Origin: Candidatus Aegiribacteria sp.
GTDB taxonomy: Bacteria > Fermentibacterota > Fermentibacteria > Fermentibacterales > JCC-6
Reading direction: 5' to 3'
Assembly: GCA_030600545.1 (NCBI GenBank)
Contig: JAUVLV010000003.1
Coordinates: 12,186-76,185, forward strand
Length of the DNA stretch: 64,000 nucleotides
In this document: positions 37,395 through 47,824 of the stretch, one piece after another
Layout of the letters: the number at the start of each line of letters is the position of its first letter
How positions within the stretch are numbered: the first letter of the stretch is position 1
The notes under the pieces: generated by a model
Told to the model about the DNA's origin: nothing
Seen by the model: the letters and a program-made list of their open reading frames with translations, nothing else
The model's database searches: none
Position numbers and translations under genes: made by a program

Positions 37395-37429
37395 TTATCC
37401 CCGTTTCAGATATTCCTAAGATAACAGAC

Positions 37430-38746
37430 TTACAGTATATAATTACCATCTTCTCTACGATCAGCAAGGTCAAGCAAAATTCTAGAAGCAATGGCACCCG
37501 TAATCTTCACATTCCCCTGAACAAGATCGGGTGCTCCAAATAACTGTTCATCAAGAAGATAACTTAGTACAGGCCTCAGTCTTCTAGCCCCTATATCCTC
37601 GGTTTCGTTGTTAAGGTAATTTGCGACTCTGGCAACTTCCAATGCAGCCTTTCGGTTCAGTTTGAGTTTGACGCCGTCCGATGCCAGTAGTGCGGTATAC
37701 TGCTTGAGAAGAGAATTCTCGGGTTCAGTCAGTATGCGAAAGAGGTCCTTTTCCGAAAGATGATCAAGTTCAACCCTCATAGGAAAGCGACCCTGCAGTT
37801 CAGGTATAAGGTCAGAAGGACTGGACCCATGGAAAGCTCCTGCGGCAATGAAAAGTATATGATCAGTAATAACAGGCCCGTAACGTGTTGGTACGGTGCA
37901 TCCTTCCACTATTGGAAGCAAATCCCTCTGAACACCCATTCTTGAAACCTCTGGCCCCTTGCTTTCACTGATACCGATGATTTTATCTATCTCATCTATG
38001 AAGATTATGCCTTCCTCCTGGGCAAGCTTAAGACCCTTCGAAATATGATCACTTCCTTCCAGAAGTCTTCTCATCTCTTCTTCCTGTAGTCGTTCCCTGG
38101 CTTTCGATACGGTCAGGTTTTTCTTTTTCCGCCTGCTGCCAACCATTTTCTGCATGAGTTTCTTCAGGTTCTCTCCCGCTGTATTATCGAACCCCCCCCC
38201 GCCTGGTATCAGGGGCATTATCTCCATCTGCGCGATATTCTCGGGAAGTATCAGTTCAATCTCAGTATCATCAAGGACACCCTTATCTATCATCCTGATG
38301 ATCTCACTGTTTGTTATGGAATCGAATCCGGTTTTTTTAAGGGCTTCAGCCAGCTTGCTGTTTACCGCGTCCCTTACCTGTTCTTCCCGCTCTTTTGCGG
38401 CCTTTTTCGCCTCGATGTCCACTGCCTGATGGACAAGGGATCTGACCATCGATTCAACATCCCTGCCGACATAACCTGTTTCAGTATATTTTGTAGCTTC
38501 GACTTTCACGAAGGGAGCACCTGTTAAATTGGCAAGCCTTCTGGCAATCTCAGTTTTACCTATACCCGTAGGTCCCATCATTATGAGATTGCTCGGGTAT
38601 ATTTCGGACTTAATTTCCTCAGATGCTTCCCTTCTTCTGTAACGGTTGCGAAGGGCTATGGCAACGGACCGTTTTGCGTTATCCTGACCTATGACATGGC
38701 GGCCAAGCCAATGAACAATCTGTGCCGGTGTAAGATCTCTTTCCAT
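37430..38746 (-). CDS. hslU: ATP-dependent protease ATPase subunit HslU
   Basis: LTPAQIV...IGQDNAKR and Walker A MMGPTGIGKTEIARRLA are present. The start ATG overlaps the hslV stop by 1 nt (TGATG). Confidence 0.9.
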   Translation of the reverse strand: MERDLTPAQIVHWLGRHVIGQDNAKRSVAIALRNRYRRREASEEIKSEIYPSNLIMMGPTGIGKTEIARRLANLTGAPFVKVEATKYTETGYVGRDVESMVRSLVHQAVDIEAKKAAKEREEQVRDAVNSKLAEALKKTGFDSITNSEIIRMIDKGVLDDTEIELILPENIAQMEIMPLIPGGGGFDNTAGENLKKLMQKMVGSRRKKKNLTVSKARERLQEEEMRRLLEGSDHISKGLKLAQEEGIIFIDEIDKIIGISESKGPEVSRMGVQRDLLPIVEGCTVPTRYGPVITDHILFIAAGAFHGSSPSDLIPELQGRFPMRVELDHLSEKDLFRILTEPENSLLKQYTALLASDGVKLKLNRKAALEVARVANYLNNETEDIGARRLRPVLSYLLDEQLFGAPDLVQGNVKITGAIASRILLDLADRREDGNYIL

Positions 38747-39285
38747 CAGCGAAGCTCCTCGATCTGTATGGTTCCACCTGTGTATATGCATATTCCAGAA
38801 GCTATTTTTAAGCTTTCTCGGACTATTCTTGCCGGTCCCATTCTCGTATGTGCATCCAGTGCACGTGCTGCTGCAATTGCGTAGGACTGCCCGGAGCCTA
38901 CCGAAACAATTCCATCTTCAGCCTCAACGATTTCTCCTGAACCTCCTATCAGCAGGGCATGTTCTCTGTCAACGGCGGCAATAAGAGCCTGAAGCTGTCT
39001 GAGGTACTTATCGGTTCTCCATTCTCGAGCCAGTTCCACTGCAGCCCTGGGAAGATTACCTCTGGCTGCTTCGAGTTTCTCTTCAAGTCTTTCAACAAGG
39101 GCAAACGCATCTGCGCCGGTACCCGAGAAACCCACAAGAACGGTATCGGAATATAGTTTTCTTATCTTTCTTGCTGTACTTTTGATTACTGTCTCACCAA
39201 GGGTTACCTGACCGTCGGCAGCCATCGCGGCCTTGCCGTTGCGTACTATCCCGAGTACAGTTGTTGCGTGAATATCTTCGATCAT
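38746..39285 (-). CDS. hslV: ATP-dependent protease subunit HslV
   Basis: TTVLGIVRNGKAAMAADGQVT has the catalytic N-terminal Thr after a short leader. GSG motifs are present. 179 aa. Confidence 0.85.
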   Translation of the reverse strand: MIEDIHATTVLGIVRNGKAAMAADGQVTLGETVIKSTARKIRKLYSDTVLVGFSGTGADAFALVERLEEKLEAARGNLPRAAVELAREWRTDKYLRQLQALIAAVDREHALLIGGSGEIVEAEDGIVSVGSGQSYAIAAARALDAHTRMGPARIVRESLKIASGICIYTGGTIQIEELR

Positions 39286-42200
39286 GATCCTCCATCAAGT
39301 GTATTAACCCAGGAATAACTTCCGGAGCCTCTGCCCGGTTCAGGTACGGATTCAGCATACGATGCGGGATCCAGAAGAATCCCGGACAGGATTGAACCTG
39401 ATACATGGCTGCTTCCGCAGAGGGCTGCATACATCAAGAAGTACCTTCCACCCCTGGCAGCCATCCATGCGAGGGCTTCCGGAGAGACCCTTTTACCTTC
39501 CGTAACATACCATTCCGACCATTCCCGGGATTCCTCAGAACCTTCATCCAGAAGTCTCAAGGCAAATCCCTCTATTGCTCCTGCTTCGGATTCATCGTCA
39601 ATATAATCGGACAGGACAAGTCCAGCGGATATGGATGACATGATATGCCCTCTGGAAGCCAGTTCTGCCATAGAGTCAATAATATCTCCGGCATTTGCGT
39701 CTTCGATAAGGTCAATTCTGTTTGAGGTGTCCTGACTGATGAATTCAAAGAATATTGACAGGCCGCTGTCACGGGGATTAACTCTTGCTCCTGTCCTTGA
39801 ATTCTCAAGAATTTCCTCGAGCGTACTCCGTGCAAGCGCAGCCAGTTCTACCGATTGAAGGTTATGCTGCACATCCATACTGTCGAGGATTCTCCAGGCT
39901 CCAATATAATCGGAAAACATCAGTGATACTTCGATCTTCATCCATGCAAATGGTATTGAACCCTCATCAGCGGTCATCCATTCAAATGAAACTGAACTGT
40001 CATCAATAATATTGAAAAGATTTCTGTACTCCATCTCCTGCCTGTATCCGAAAGTATTTTCCGAACCTATTGCCATGTTTAAAATTGAATAGGACAGCTG
40101 CAGGAGTTCCTGATTGCCAATTCTATTGGCAGCTTCCATCGCTTCGGCAGCAAGAATCTCGAGAGTATCCGCGGCAGCAGCAGGTCCGTAGAGACCATCG
40201 ATGAGCTTGCCAATTATCATCGCTCTTGAGGGCAGTATTTCTGCCCAGTCATCGGGCAGTGTCACAAAGAGCTGCTCCGCTCTATCAAGGGCCATCTGTA
40301 CGCTGTCCGGTTCTCCAGCCGCCATGTAATGATAAGCGAGCCTGTGATATGCCGAAACGTAATTCTTCAGGAGTTGTACAGCCTGGTCACATTTAAAAAT
40401 GGATGGATCTGTGACTCCTGTGAATCGATACTCGTTCATAAGCTGCCAGCCTTGAGAGCTGTTTACAGCATCTACAACGGGATGTTCAGTTATACAGAAT
40501 GCTATACCCTCCATTTCCTGGTAATGCTCGAGGAACTGCCGGCTTTCTGGAGCAACGGTGCCTGCGAAATATATTTCACGACCGTGAACAGGCCTGTTCT
40601 TGATCATATTCAGAAGAACGAGATCCTGCATCGTCAGCGCTCCCGTGTTGCCAAGGCACTCAGTAGGCATCGCCATGGCCATGCTGCCGTTGGTTATTGC
40701 CCAGGGCCATACCTGGTTAAAAGTTATTCGGAGAATATCTCCGTCAATCGATGATGATACAGCCTGGCCGTATCTATCAACATGGAAATAATGGGGACCC
40801 CATACGTAGATAGGATGCAGCGAATCAACGAGTCCATAGTCATCAAAATCAAGAAGAAGGGGATCCTTTTCCACAAGCTGCTGAACGTACCAGTTCGTGT
40901 TCATCAGGCTCAGATTGCTCACTATGACATCTCTGCGAACCCCCAGAACTCCCTGAGCGAACCAAAGGGGAAATGTGTCGTTGTCACCGTTGGTTATAAG
41001 AACGGCGTTCTCGGGGCAGCTTTCAAGAAGATTTATGCCGTAGTCTCGCGCGAAGGTGGAATCCGACCTGTCGCATCTGTAGAAATTGACCCCGAATGAT
41101 AATGCCGGTATCAGTAATGTTGCCCAGGCAAGCCTGGACTTGTCAGAAAGGAAATCCTTGAATACCGATACCAGTCCTATTCCCGAGAATATTGCAAAAA
41201 ATGCGAAGGATGCTCCAAAGAAGTAGTCCCTCTCCCTTACTTCTCCCAGATCTGTGCCCTCGATACCGGTTTTAAAATTGAGTATGAAGAAAATGAAGAG
41301 GATAGAAGACATCAGAAACAGTAAACCAAGATATAGAAGCAGTTTGGGCCTCTTTATTCCCAGCACTACCAGTCCGTAAATCGCTCCGAATATCAGTACT
41401 ATTCTTATGACCATGGATGCAGCGGAACCTGCCGTATCTCCCAGATAACGATCCCATCCGTCATCCACCCTGCCGGACTGCCAGGAAAGATATTTCATAT
41501 ATAGCTTTATCTGATCGATGAACGGACCCTTTCTTTCCAGGATCGATGTGCTGCCGTACTGCTCACGGGTGAAAGCCTTCTCAAAATCGGTCCAGTGGGA
41601 AGTGTCACGTTCGTTTATTTCCGGATTCTGCACAGCGCGAAGAGGCATATAGAGATGAATGCTGAAAGCCAGAACTACAAGGCCAACTATTGTAAGAACG
41701 AACCAGGACCGTTTCCATATATCCGTCTTTTTCCTGAAGGCGTAAATAAGGTACAGCAAAAGTATCGGGGGACCGGTAACGAATGGTACGCTGCCATGGT
41801 TTCCAACGGCAAGGATTATCAGGTAAGATATGAGAAGCAGATACCTTGCTTCTCCCCAGCCGCCATGATCCTTTTTTCCCTTTTCATGTTTTTTCTCTGC
41901 GTATCTCTCTATCCAGCAGTCGAACGACCACATGATAATAAATGTCAGCAGCAGTGCCGTGGCGTAAGTTTCCGTGGCATTGCTGTTGCGCCAGATAGTG
42001 TAGCTGAAGGCAGCAATAAACCCTGAAAGAACGGACATCGGTCTGTACCAGGCAGGCACGAAATCCATTCTGTTCCCCCATCGCTGAACGAGGCGGACAA
42101 GAAGGCTGACAGTGATTGCTCCGGCAAAAGCACATAGAAGATTAACCCGTGCCGCAACCGAGGGAATAAAAGAGAAAATGATAGTGCTGAATCTTCCAAG

Positions 42201-42395
42201 GAGTACGAAAAATGGAACACCCGGCGGGTGTGGAACTCCGGCAGTCCATGAGCAGGTAAGGTATTCTCCGCTGTCCCAGAAGCTTACACTGGGAGCCAGT
42301 GTAAGAAGATATGTGAAAAGTGCAGCCAGTCCTACTGTTAAGGCAATCGATCTGTCGATTCTGATTCTTCTTGTTTCTTCGTTACTATTAGTCAC
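39282..42395 (-). CDS. DUF2723/TMEM260-like giant membrane protein (GT-C-fold glycosyltransferase-like N-domain plus ~600-aa C-terminal region)
   Basis: The N-terminal motif LLTLAPSVSFWDSGEYLTCSWTAGVPHPPGVPF is characteristic of DUF2723. There are 10 or more TM helices, then a long soluble helical-repeat C-terminus. 1037 aa. Confidence 0.6.
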   Translation of the reverse strand: MTNSNEETRRIRIDRSIALTVGLAALFTYLLTLAPSVSFWDSGEYLTCSWTAGVPHPPGVPFFVLLGRFSTIIFSFIPSVAARVNLLCAFAGAITVSLLVRLVQRWGNRMDFVPAWYRPMSVLSGFIAAFSYTIWRNSNATETYATALLLTFIIMWSFDCWIERYAEKKHEKGKKDHGGWGEARYLLLISYLIILAVGNHGSVPFVTGPPILLLYLIYAFRKKTDIWKRSWFVLTIVGLVVLAFSIHLYMPLRAVQNPEINERDTSHWTDFEKAFTREQYGSTSILERKGPFIDQIKLYMKYLSWQSGRVDDGWDRYLGDTAGSAASMVIRIVLIFGAIYGLVVLGIKRPKLLLYLGLLFLMSSILFIFFILNFKTGIEGTDLGEVRERDYFFGASFAFFAIFSGIGLVSVFKDFLSDKSRLAWATLLIPALSFGVNFYRCDRSDSTFARDYGINLLESCPENAVLITNGDNDTFPLWFAQGVLGVRRDVIVSNLSLMNTNWYVQQLVEKDPLLLDFDDYGLVDSLHPIYVWGPHYFHVDRYGQAVSSSIDGDILRITFNQVWPWAITNGSMAMAMPTECLGNTGALTMQDLVLLNMIKNRPVHGREIYFAGTVAPESRQFLEHYQEMEGIAFCITEHPVVDAVNSSQGWQLMNEYRFTGVTDPSIFKCDQAVQLLKNYVSAYHRLAYHYMAAGEPDSVQMALDRAEQLFVTLPDDWAEILPSRAMIIGKLIDGLYGPAAAADTLEILAAEAMEAANRIGNQELLQLSYSILNMAIGSENTFGYRQEMEYRNLFNIIDDSSVSFEWMTADEGSIPFAWMKIEVSLMFSDYIGAWRILDSMDVQHNLQSVELAALARSTLEEILENSRTGARVNPRDSGLSIFFEFISQDTSNRIDLIEDANAGDIIDSMAELASRGHIMSSISAGLVLSDYIDDESEAGAIEGFALRLLDEGSEESREWSEWYVTEGKRVSPEALAWMAARGGRYFLMYAALCGSSHVSGSILSGILLDPASYAESVPEPGRGSGSYSWVNTLDGGS

Positions 42396-43294
42396 TCTTT
42401 CCCCCTGGGATGTGCTTTCCTGTATGTCTTCCTCAATCGTTCCATTGTCAGGTGCGTGTAAACCTGGGTCGTAGAAAGAGTCGCGTGTCCCAGCATATCC
42501 TGAACCGCCCTCAGGTCGGCTCCATTATCAAGCAGATGAGTTGCAAAGCTGTGCCGGAATGTATGAGGTGAAGCTCCTGCTGCCCGGGCAGCTTTCTTTA
42601 CTCCGCATGCAACAATACGCCGGATATCTCTGGGGTCAAGCTTCCTTCCGTGGATGCTGATGAATACAGTTCCCGGATCGGCAGTAGAATCCACTGCAAG
42701 CTCACTCCTGCTGTCGATCCATGACTGCAGTGATCTGCAGGTTAGTTCAGGAAGAGGTACTATCCTTTCTCTATTTCCCTTGCCTATGACTTGTATCTCT
42801 CTTGTCTGCAGATTCAGCCCGGCCAGAAGGACCGAAACGGATTCCGAAGCTCTCAAACCTGCTCCGTAAAGCAGATCGACTATAGCCCGGTTTCGTATGC
42901 CAAGAATCGATGATACATCGTAGCTGTCGATCACCTGCTGCACTTCCCGTACGCTGAGAAATCCAGGCAATCTGGCAGGTGTTTTAGGCATGGCAATCAG
43001 TTTTGCAGGATTCGAGGGTAATCTTTCTGTTTCAAGCATCCAGTTCCCGAATGTCCGCAACGATGAAACCTCTCTTGCCAGAGACTTTGAATCAAGTTCT
43101 CTTGATGCTTCATGTCGGAGAAATCCCCTCAGCTCGTTCAGCGTAAAGCCATCAAGAATACTCTCGGAGTGCTGCCAGTTATTGAATCTGTAGAGATCGG
43201 CTCTGTATGCCTTTACTGTGTTCTCGGAGAATCTCCGGCCATAAAGCAGGTCTCTGCAGAAATTCTCGATCAGTTCACAATTTTCTTCCTGCAT
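42392..43294 (-). CDS. xerD: Tyrosine recombinase XerC/XerD
   Basis: The C-terminal catalytic region HTFRHSFATHLLDNGADLRAVQDMLGHATLSTTQVYTHL and the N-terminal SAM-like domain are present. The internal ATG was chosen to avoid overlap with topA. Confidence 0.8.
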   Translation of the reverse strand: MQEENCELIENFCRDLLYGRRFSENTVKAYRADLYRFNNWQHSESILDGFTLNELRGFLRHEASRELDSKSLAREVSSLRTFGNWMLETERLPSNPAKLIAMPKTPARLPGFLSVREVQQVIDSYDVSSILGIRNRAIVDLLYGAGLRASESVSVLLAGLNLQTREIQVIGKGNRERIVPLPELTCRSLQSWIDSRSELAVDSTADPGTVFISIHGRKLDPRDIRRIVACGVKKAARAAGASPHTFRHSFATHLLDNGADLRAVQDMLGHATLSTTQVYTHLTMERLRKTYRKAHPRGKE

Positions 43295-45474
43295 CTGGGA
43301 CACCAGATACCTTTCTTCTTTTCTATCAGTATTGGAAAACCACACCTGGGACAGGTTTTATCAATCGGCTTGTTCCATACTGCGTATTCACATTCGGGAT
43401 ACCTGTTGCAGGCATAAAAAAGCCTTCCCCGGCGTGATTTCTTTTCAACCAGTTCTCCGGTGCATCCTTCCGCAGGGCACGGAACCCCCGTTGGTACAGG
43501 TTCTGTATGCTTGCACTTCGGATGATTTTCGCAGCTTAGGTATCTCCCGAACCTGCCTTTCTTGAGCAAAAGGCTGCCACCGCATTCCGGGCACTTCCTG
43601 CCGAAGTATTCTGTTGAACTATCTTTTTCAAGGGGGCTGGAATACCTGCATTTTGGAAAAGCGGTGCAGGCTTTGAATTTTCCATATCTGCCCCATCGAA
43701 TGACAAGAGGGGAACCGCATTCAGGACATGTTTCCTCGGTATCTTCCTGCAGTTCATTCCTGAATTTGTTTGTACTTTCCAGCGCATTTTTCAGAGAGGA
43801 TTCAAGAGGAAGACTCAGCTGGTCCAGAACGTTGAGATAAGATTCATCGCCCTTTGCTATCGAATCGAGGAGGTCTTCCATTCTTGCCGTGAAATCCACC
43901 TGGAATATATGGGGAAACATCTTTATCAGTATTCGTACGGTTGTTGTTCCCAGTTCGGTTGGCCTGAGTGTTTTTCCGTCCTTTTCTACGTATTCTCTTC
44001 TTCTGAGTGTTTTTATTGTACTAACGTATGTTGAAGGTCTTCCAATACCTACTTTTTTCATCTCCGCGACAAGCCTTGCCTCGGAAAATCTGGGAGGTGG
44101 AGATGTGAACTTCTGTTCTTTGTTGAATGATTGTGGTGAAACCTTACCTTTTTCCACTTCAGGAAGCCTGTTCTTTGTTTTAATGAATGCCGGATCAATT
44201 ATCGAAAAACCTTGTTTGAGCAGTACTTCCCCGGTGGATAAGAATTCAAGACCTGCCCCCGATACGATGACAGTCGTATTCATTATTTCAGCATCCATGA
44301 GCTGTGTAGCCGCGAATCGATTCCAGATGAGCCTGTAAAGAGAAAGCTCGGGAGCATTGAGAACAGATTTGAGTTTATCTGGCGTAAGCTGAATATCGAC
44401 AGGCCTTATGGCTTCATGAGCATCCTGCGAACCCTTTGAACTTCTGTACCTTCTGATTTTCGCGTACAGCATATCCGAGCCGTATCTTTCAGTCAGATAT
44501 TCCCTGCAGCTTTTCAGACTGTCCGGACTCATCCTTACAGAATCCGTACGCATGTATGTAATGAGCCCTTTTCTTGTGCTTTTGCCGAAGGATATTCCTT
44601 CGTACAGTTTCTGAGCAAGTGACATGGTTCTTGATGGAGAGAATGACAATTTGCTGGAGGCGGTCTGCTGAAGTGTACTTGTAATAAAAGGAGGAGGAGG
44701 ATTCACAGACTTTTTTCTGGAATCTACTTTTGATATCTCCCAGATGATACCTGGTTCGTTAATTCTTTCAATGATAATCTCTGCTTCTTCTTCGCAACCT
44801 GGATACTTCCCGGGTTTTCCAGCTGTTTTTCCATCTATTTTATGAAGATTCGCTGTAAACGAGTTTGTCCCCTGTTCAAAAGCTGCGTCAATCAGCCAGT
44901 ATTCAACCGGCACAAAACTGCTGATAGTATCCTCGCGCTCCTGGATAATCCTGAGAGCTACAGTTTGCACTCTTCCAGCGCTTTTGCCTTTCCCCATTAT
45001 CTTCTGGAGCCAAGACGAAATCCTGTAACCCACAAGCCGATCCATAACCCTTCTTGCCTGCTGAGCGTCAACAAGCTGCATATCGATTGAACTGGGGTTT
45101 TTAAGGGATTTAAGAACAGTATCTTTCGTGATTGCGTTGAATCTGAGCCTGCTGAATACAACGTCCTTTCTTTTCAGTATCTGTGACAGGTGCCAGCAGA
45201 TTGCCTCTCCCTCTCTGTCAGGATCAGCTGCAAGATAGATAATGGAGACCCCCCTGGCTTTCTTTTTCAGAAGGGTTACAATTTTTCTTTTTTCCGGAAG
45301 TATCGCATAGGTAGGTTTGAAACCGTTACTTTCATCAACTCCAAGGTAGCTCGCTGGAAGATCCCTGACATGACCGTACGAAGCGATCACTTCATAACTA
45401 TCTCCAAGATAGCTGCGAAGGCTGCTGGCCTTTGCAGGTGATTCAATGATTACAAGTTTTTTTTTCTTACTCAT
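43270..45474 (-). CDS. topA: DNA topoisomerase I
   Basis: TOPRIM VIIESPAKA, GHVRDLP, and C-terminal tandem Cys4 zinc ribbons are present. 734 aa. Confidence 0.9.
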   Translation of the reverse strand: MSKKKKLVIIESPAKASSLRSYLGDSYEVIASYGHVRDLPASYLGVDESNGFKPTYAILPEKRKIVTLLKKKARGVSIIYLAADPDREGEAICWHLSQILKRKDVVFSRLRFNAITKDTVLKSLKNPSSIDMQLVDAQQARRVMDRLVGYRISSWLQKIMGKGKSAGRVQTVALRIIQEREDTISSFVPVEYWLIDAAFEQGTNSFTANLHKIDGKTAGKPGKYPGCEEEAEIIIERINEPGIIWEISKVDSRKKSVNPPPPFITSTLQQTASSKLSFSPSRTMSLAQKLYEGISFGKSTRKGLITYMRTDSVRMSPDSLKSCREYLTERYGSDMLYAKIRRYRSSKGSQDAHEAIRPVDIQLTPDKLKSVLNAPELSLYRLIWNRFAATQLMDAEIMNTTVIVSGAGLEFLSTGEVLLKQGFSIIDPAFIKTKNRLPEVEKGKVSPQSFNKEQKFTSPPPRFSEARLVAEMKKVGIGRPSTYVSTIKTLRRREYVEKDGKTLRPTELGTTTVRILIKMFPHIFQVDFTARMEDLLDSIAKGDESYLNVLDQLSLPLESSLKNALESTNKFRNELQEDTEETCPECGSPLVIRWGRYGKFKACTAFPKCRYSSPLEKDSSTEYFGRKCPECGGSLLLKKGRFGRYLSCENHPKCKHTEPVPTGVPCPAEGCTGELVEKKSRRGRLFYACNRYPECEYAVWNKPIDKTCPRCGFPILIEKKKGIWCPRCRKKIVN

Positions 45475-45543
45475 ATATCTTTCATTATTACAAATCCCGG
45501 ATAAGTAATACTTTATTGGAAATTATTCTGAAAGAGTGCATGA

Positions 45544-47022
45544 TCAGTTCAAATCTGTCATCCATTCGAATATTCTGCCAGTGATCAGTTCTGTAGTTTC
45601 AGGTATTATCGCCTGTTTTCTCTGCAGGAAGTATGGACTGCTGGATCCTGAAAGAATACTGAAACTGTCAGCAGTAAACGAAAATAAAGTTGCCTCGTAA
45701 TACTGGTTTTCTCTGTAGTACAGAACCATCTGGTCAACCATTGTCGAATCGAGAAGCATACCCAGATTCCCCAGAAGAGCCGTTCTTTTTTCAGCAGGTT
45801 CAGGATGCAGTATGGACATAAGAAGAATGTCGAAACCGTCATCAGTAGTAATCAGTGAAAAACCGTCGAACTCTATTGAATAAATCGCAGCAAGTTGACC
45901 CAGTGGCTCTGAAAGGAACTGCATGGAGTCGGTCTGTATTTCTATGCCAGGACCGGGTGATATTGTCAGTGTTCTTGGCAGTGAATATTCTTCGGGTGTT
46001 CCCAGTGAATCTGGTACCGAAACATCTCTCAGGGATATGTACCCATTAACCTCCAGAGAATCTACAGGAGCAACGGTTGTATCAGTTACTGCCACCGAAT
46101 CGGAAAGCAGCGAATCAGCTTCATGAATAACCACGGTATCGGCATATACGATTTCCGAACTTTCCAGTCTGTCATCTGATGAAAGGAAAAAATTCATCGG
46201 ATCAATAATAACGAAAGCTATTACCATAAGAATCAGAACGATTATGACAGCAGGCAATGGAGATATTTTTGAGAATATCCCTGATCTATTTATACTGGTT
46301 TTTCTTTTTGGATATGAACTTTTCGTCTCATCACGACTGCTTTCTTCGTGATTGCTTTTTCTGATCTCAGGTACCGAGTCAAGAGGCTTGTCAACCATTC
46401 TTCCCTCAGAGGCGCACTTCTCACATACGTGGTATTTCCTGTTGAAACACTCTGAACACGTAAGTTTTTCGCAAGTTCGACATGGAATAAGCTTCTGATC
46501 ACCGATTGGTGTTCTTCCACAGATGTGGCATCTTTCAACCGAGATCATCTCTTCTGCAGCGGATGTGATTATGAGAGAATCATCATCATCATCATCAAAA
46601 TGTTTATGAGTATAATCCTCATCTTTTACAGAGCTCTGATCATGATAGACATCACCGATATCTTCATTTTTCTTTTCCTCTATTGCGGGAATATCATCTG
46701 TAATCATTTCGTAGGGTGATTCTTCAGATTTGCTCTCTTCAACAGCGGGATTGGTCTTGTTGTTGCCGTAGTGTCTTGGGAGAAGGTCTACAAATGGGTA
46801 CATTCTGTCCTGGAGAATTCTGGCTTGCTCCATCTCAACACCCTCACTGAGAATGCTGGGAGAATTTTCAACGTTTTTACTGGCTTCTTCGCTTGACATT
46901 CCCAGTTCGCTCATGAGCAGTTCTTTTACCTTTTTCTTCTCTTCTTCCCTGGTAAGTCTGACAAGAAGAAGATCAACAAGCCTGCTTTGATCCAATTCAG
47001 CCTCGCTTTTCATCAAGAGCAA
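45544..47022 (-). CDS. Bitopic membrane protein with a cytoplasmic acidic region and a 4xCxxC zinc ribbon, and a ~210-aa periplasmic domain
   Basis: CHICG...CRTCEKLTCSEC...CEKC gives four CxxC pairs. Upstream is a poly-Asp tract (DDDDDD). One TM helix (AVIIVLILMVIAFVII). Its start overlaps the mglA-2 3' end by 26 nt. Confidence 0.5.
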   Translation of the reverse strand: MLLMKSEAELDQSRLVDLLLVRLTREEEKKKVKELLMSELGMSSEEASKNVENSPSILSEGVEMEQARILQDRMYPFVDLLPRHYGNNKTNPAVEESKSEESPYEMITDDIPAIEEKKNEDIGDVYHDQSSVKDEDYTHKHFDDDDDDSLIITSAAEEMISVERCHICGRTPIGDQKLIPCRTCEKLTCSECFNRKYHVCEKCASEGRMVDKPLDSVPEIRKSNHEESSRDETKSSYPKRKTSINRSGIFSKISPLPAVIIVLILMVIAFVIIDPMNFFLSSDDRLESSEIVYADTVVIHEADSLLSDSVAVTDTTVAPVDSLEVNGYISLRDVSVPDSLGTPEEYSLPRTLTISPGPGIEIQTDSMQFLSEPLGQLAAIYSIEFDGFSLITTDDGFDILLMSILHPEPAEKRTALLGNLGMLLDSTMVDQMVLYYRENQYYEATLFSFTADSFSILSGSSSPYFLQRKQAIIPETTELITGRIFEWMTDLN

Positions 47023-47605
47023 GAGAGAACTGTCTATGCAGTCTGCGCATTACAATACGGTTTGCTTTTCTGAGAGTTTCAAAAACACCTGTACCATCTG
47101 TTGCAACCGATTCGATACATGGGACCCTCTCGAGACCAAGGCGTTTTTTTATTACACTTGTGGGAAGAATATCCGGAAGGTCTCTTTTGTTTGTCTGGAG
47201 TACGAGGCTGAGACCCCTTCGCTTCGTATTTTTAAGGTTATCCTTCAGATCTCGCAGGCTTGCTATGTTCGCGTCCATCCTGGTTCTTTGTGAGTCGGCA
47301 ACGAAAATGATACCATCAACGCCCTGAAGAATCAGCTGACGGCTGTCTGTGTACATCGCCTGTCCGGGTACGCTGTAAAGGTGAATCCTTACCTTGAAAC
47401 CGTAAATCGTACCTGTGTTAATGGGAAGAAAGTCAAAAAACAGAGTACGTTCATTTCCTGTCGCGAGAGAAATCAACTTCCCTCGATCATTGGATGGTAT
47501 CTGACTGTGAATAAACTTGACATTGGTTGTTTTCCCGGAAAGCCCGGGACCGGCATATACAAGTTTACAATCGATTTCTCTTGAACTGTAGCTAACTGTT
47601 GCCAT
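46997..47605 (-). CDS. mglA: MglA-family Ras-like small GTPase (paralog 2)
   Basis: KLVYAGPGLSGKTTNV, ERTLFFDFLP, HLYSVPGQ, NKRD. The N-terminus MATVSYSSREIDCK closely parallels Myxococcus MglA (MSFINYSSREINCK). Confidence 0.8.
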   Translation of the reverse strand: MATVSYSSREIDCKLVYAGPGLSGKTTNVKFIHSQIPSNDRGKLISLATGNERTLFFDFLPINTGTIYGFKVRIHLYSVPGQAMYTDSRQLILQGVDGIIFVADSQRTRMDANIASLRDLKDNLKNTKRRGLSLVLQTNKRDLPDILPTSVIKKRLGLERVPCIESVATDGTGVFETLRKANRIVMRRLHRQFSLALDEKRG

Positions 47606-47816
47606 TCGTATTATCCCCGTTTCCAGAATCTTCTTCGTCGTTCTCCGTGTCCGGAAATTCCTCTTTCATTCCTTTTCTGAACATATGGAGCGCTTGCCCC
47701 ACCGACCTGGCAAGATCCGGAATTCTTTTTGCTCCGAAAAGAAGTAGAAGAACAACAACTATCAGTACAATTTCACCGGTCCCTGGACGAAACATCATAA
47801 TATCTCCTGCCTGCAA
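47592..47816 (-). CDS. tatA: Sec-independent (Tat) translocase subunit TatA/E
   Basis: MFRPGTGEIVLIVVVLLLLFGAKRIPDLARSVGQALHMFRKGMKEE is a TM helix followed by an amphipathic helix with the F-G-x-K-(R/K) hinge motif, then an acidic tail. Confidence 0.75.
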   Translation of the reverse strand: MQAGDIMMFRPGTGEIVLIVVVLLLLFGAKRIPDLARSVGQALHMFRKGMKEEFPDTENDEEDSGNGDNTNGNS

Positions 47817-47824
47817 ATCCTGTA

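Noticed and set aside
42392-43345. Possible phage or integrative-element integrase
   Set aside because: The protein has canonical XerC/XerD N- and C-terminal motifs and sits in a housekeeping context next to topA. No flanking repeats, attachment sites, or phage or IS genes are present.
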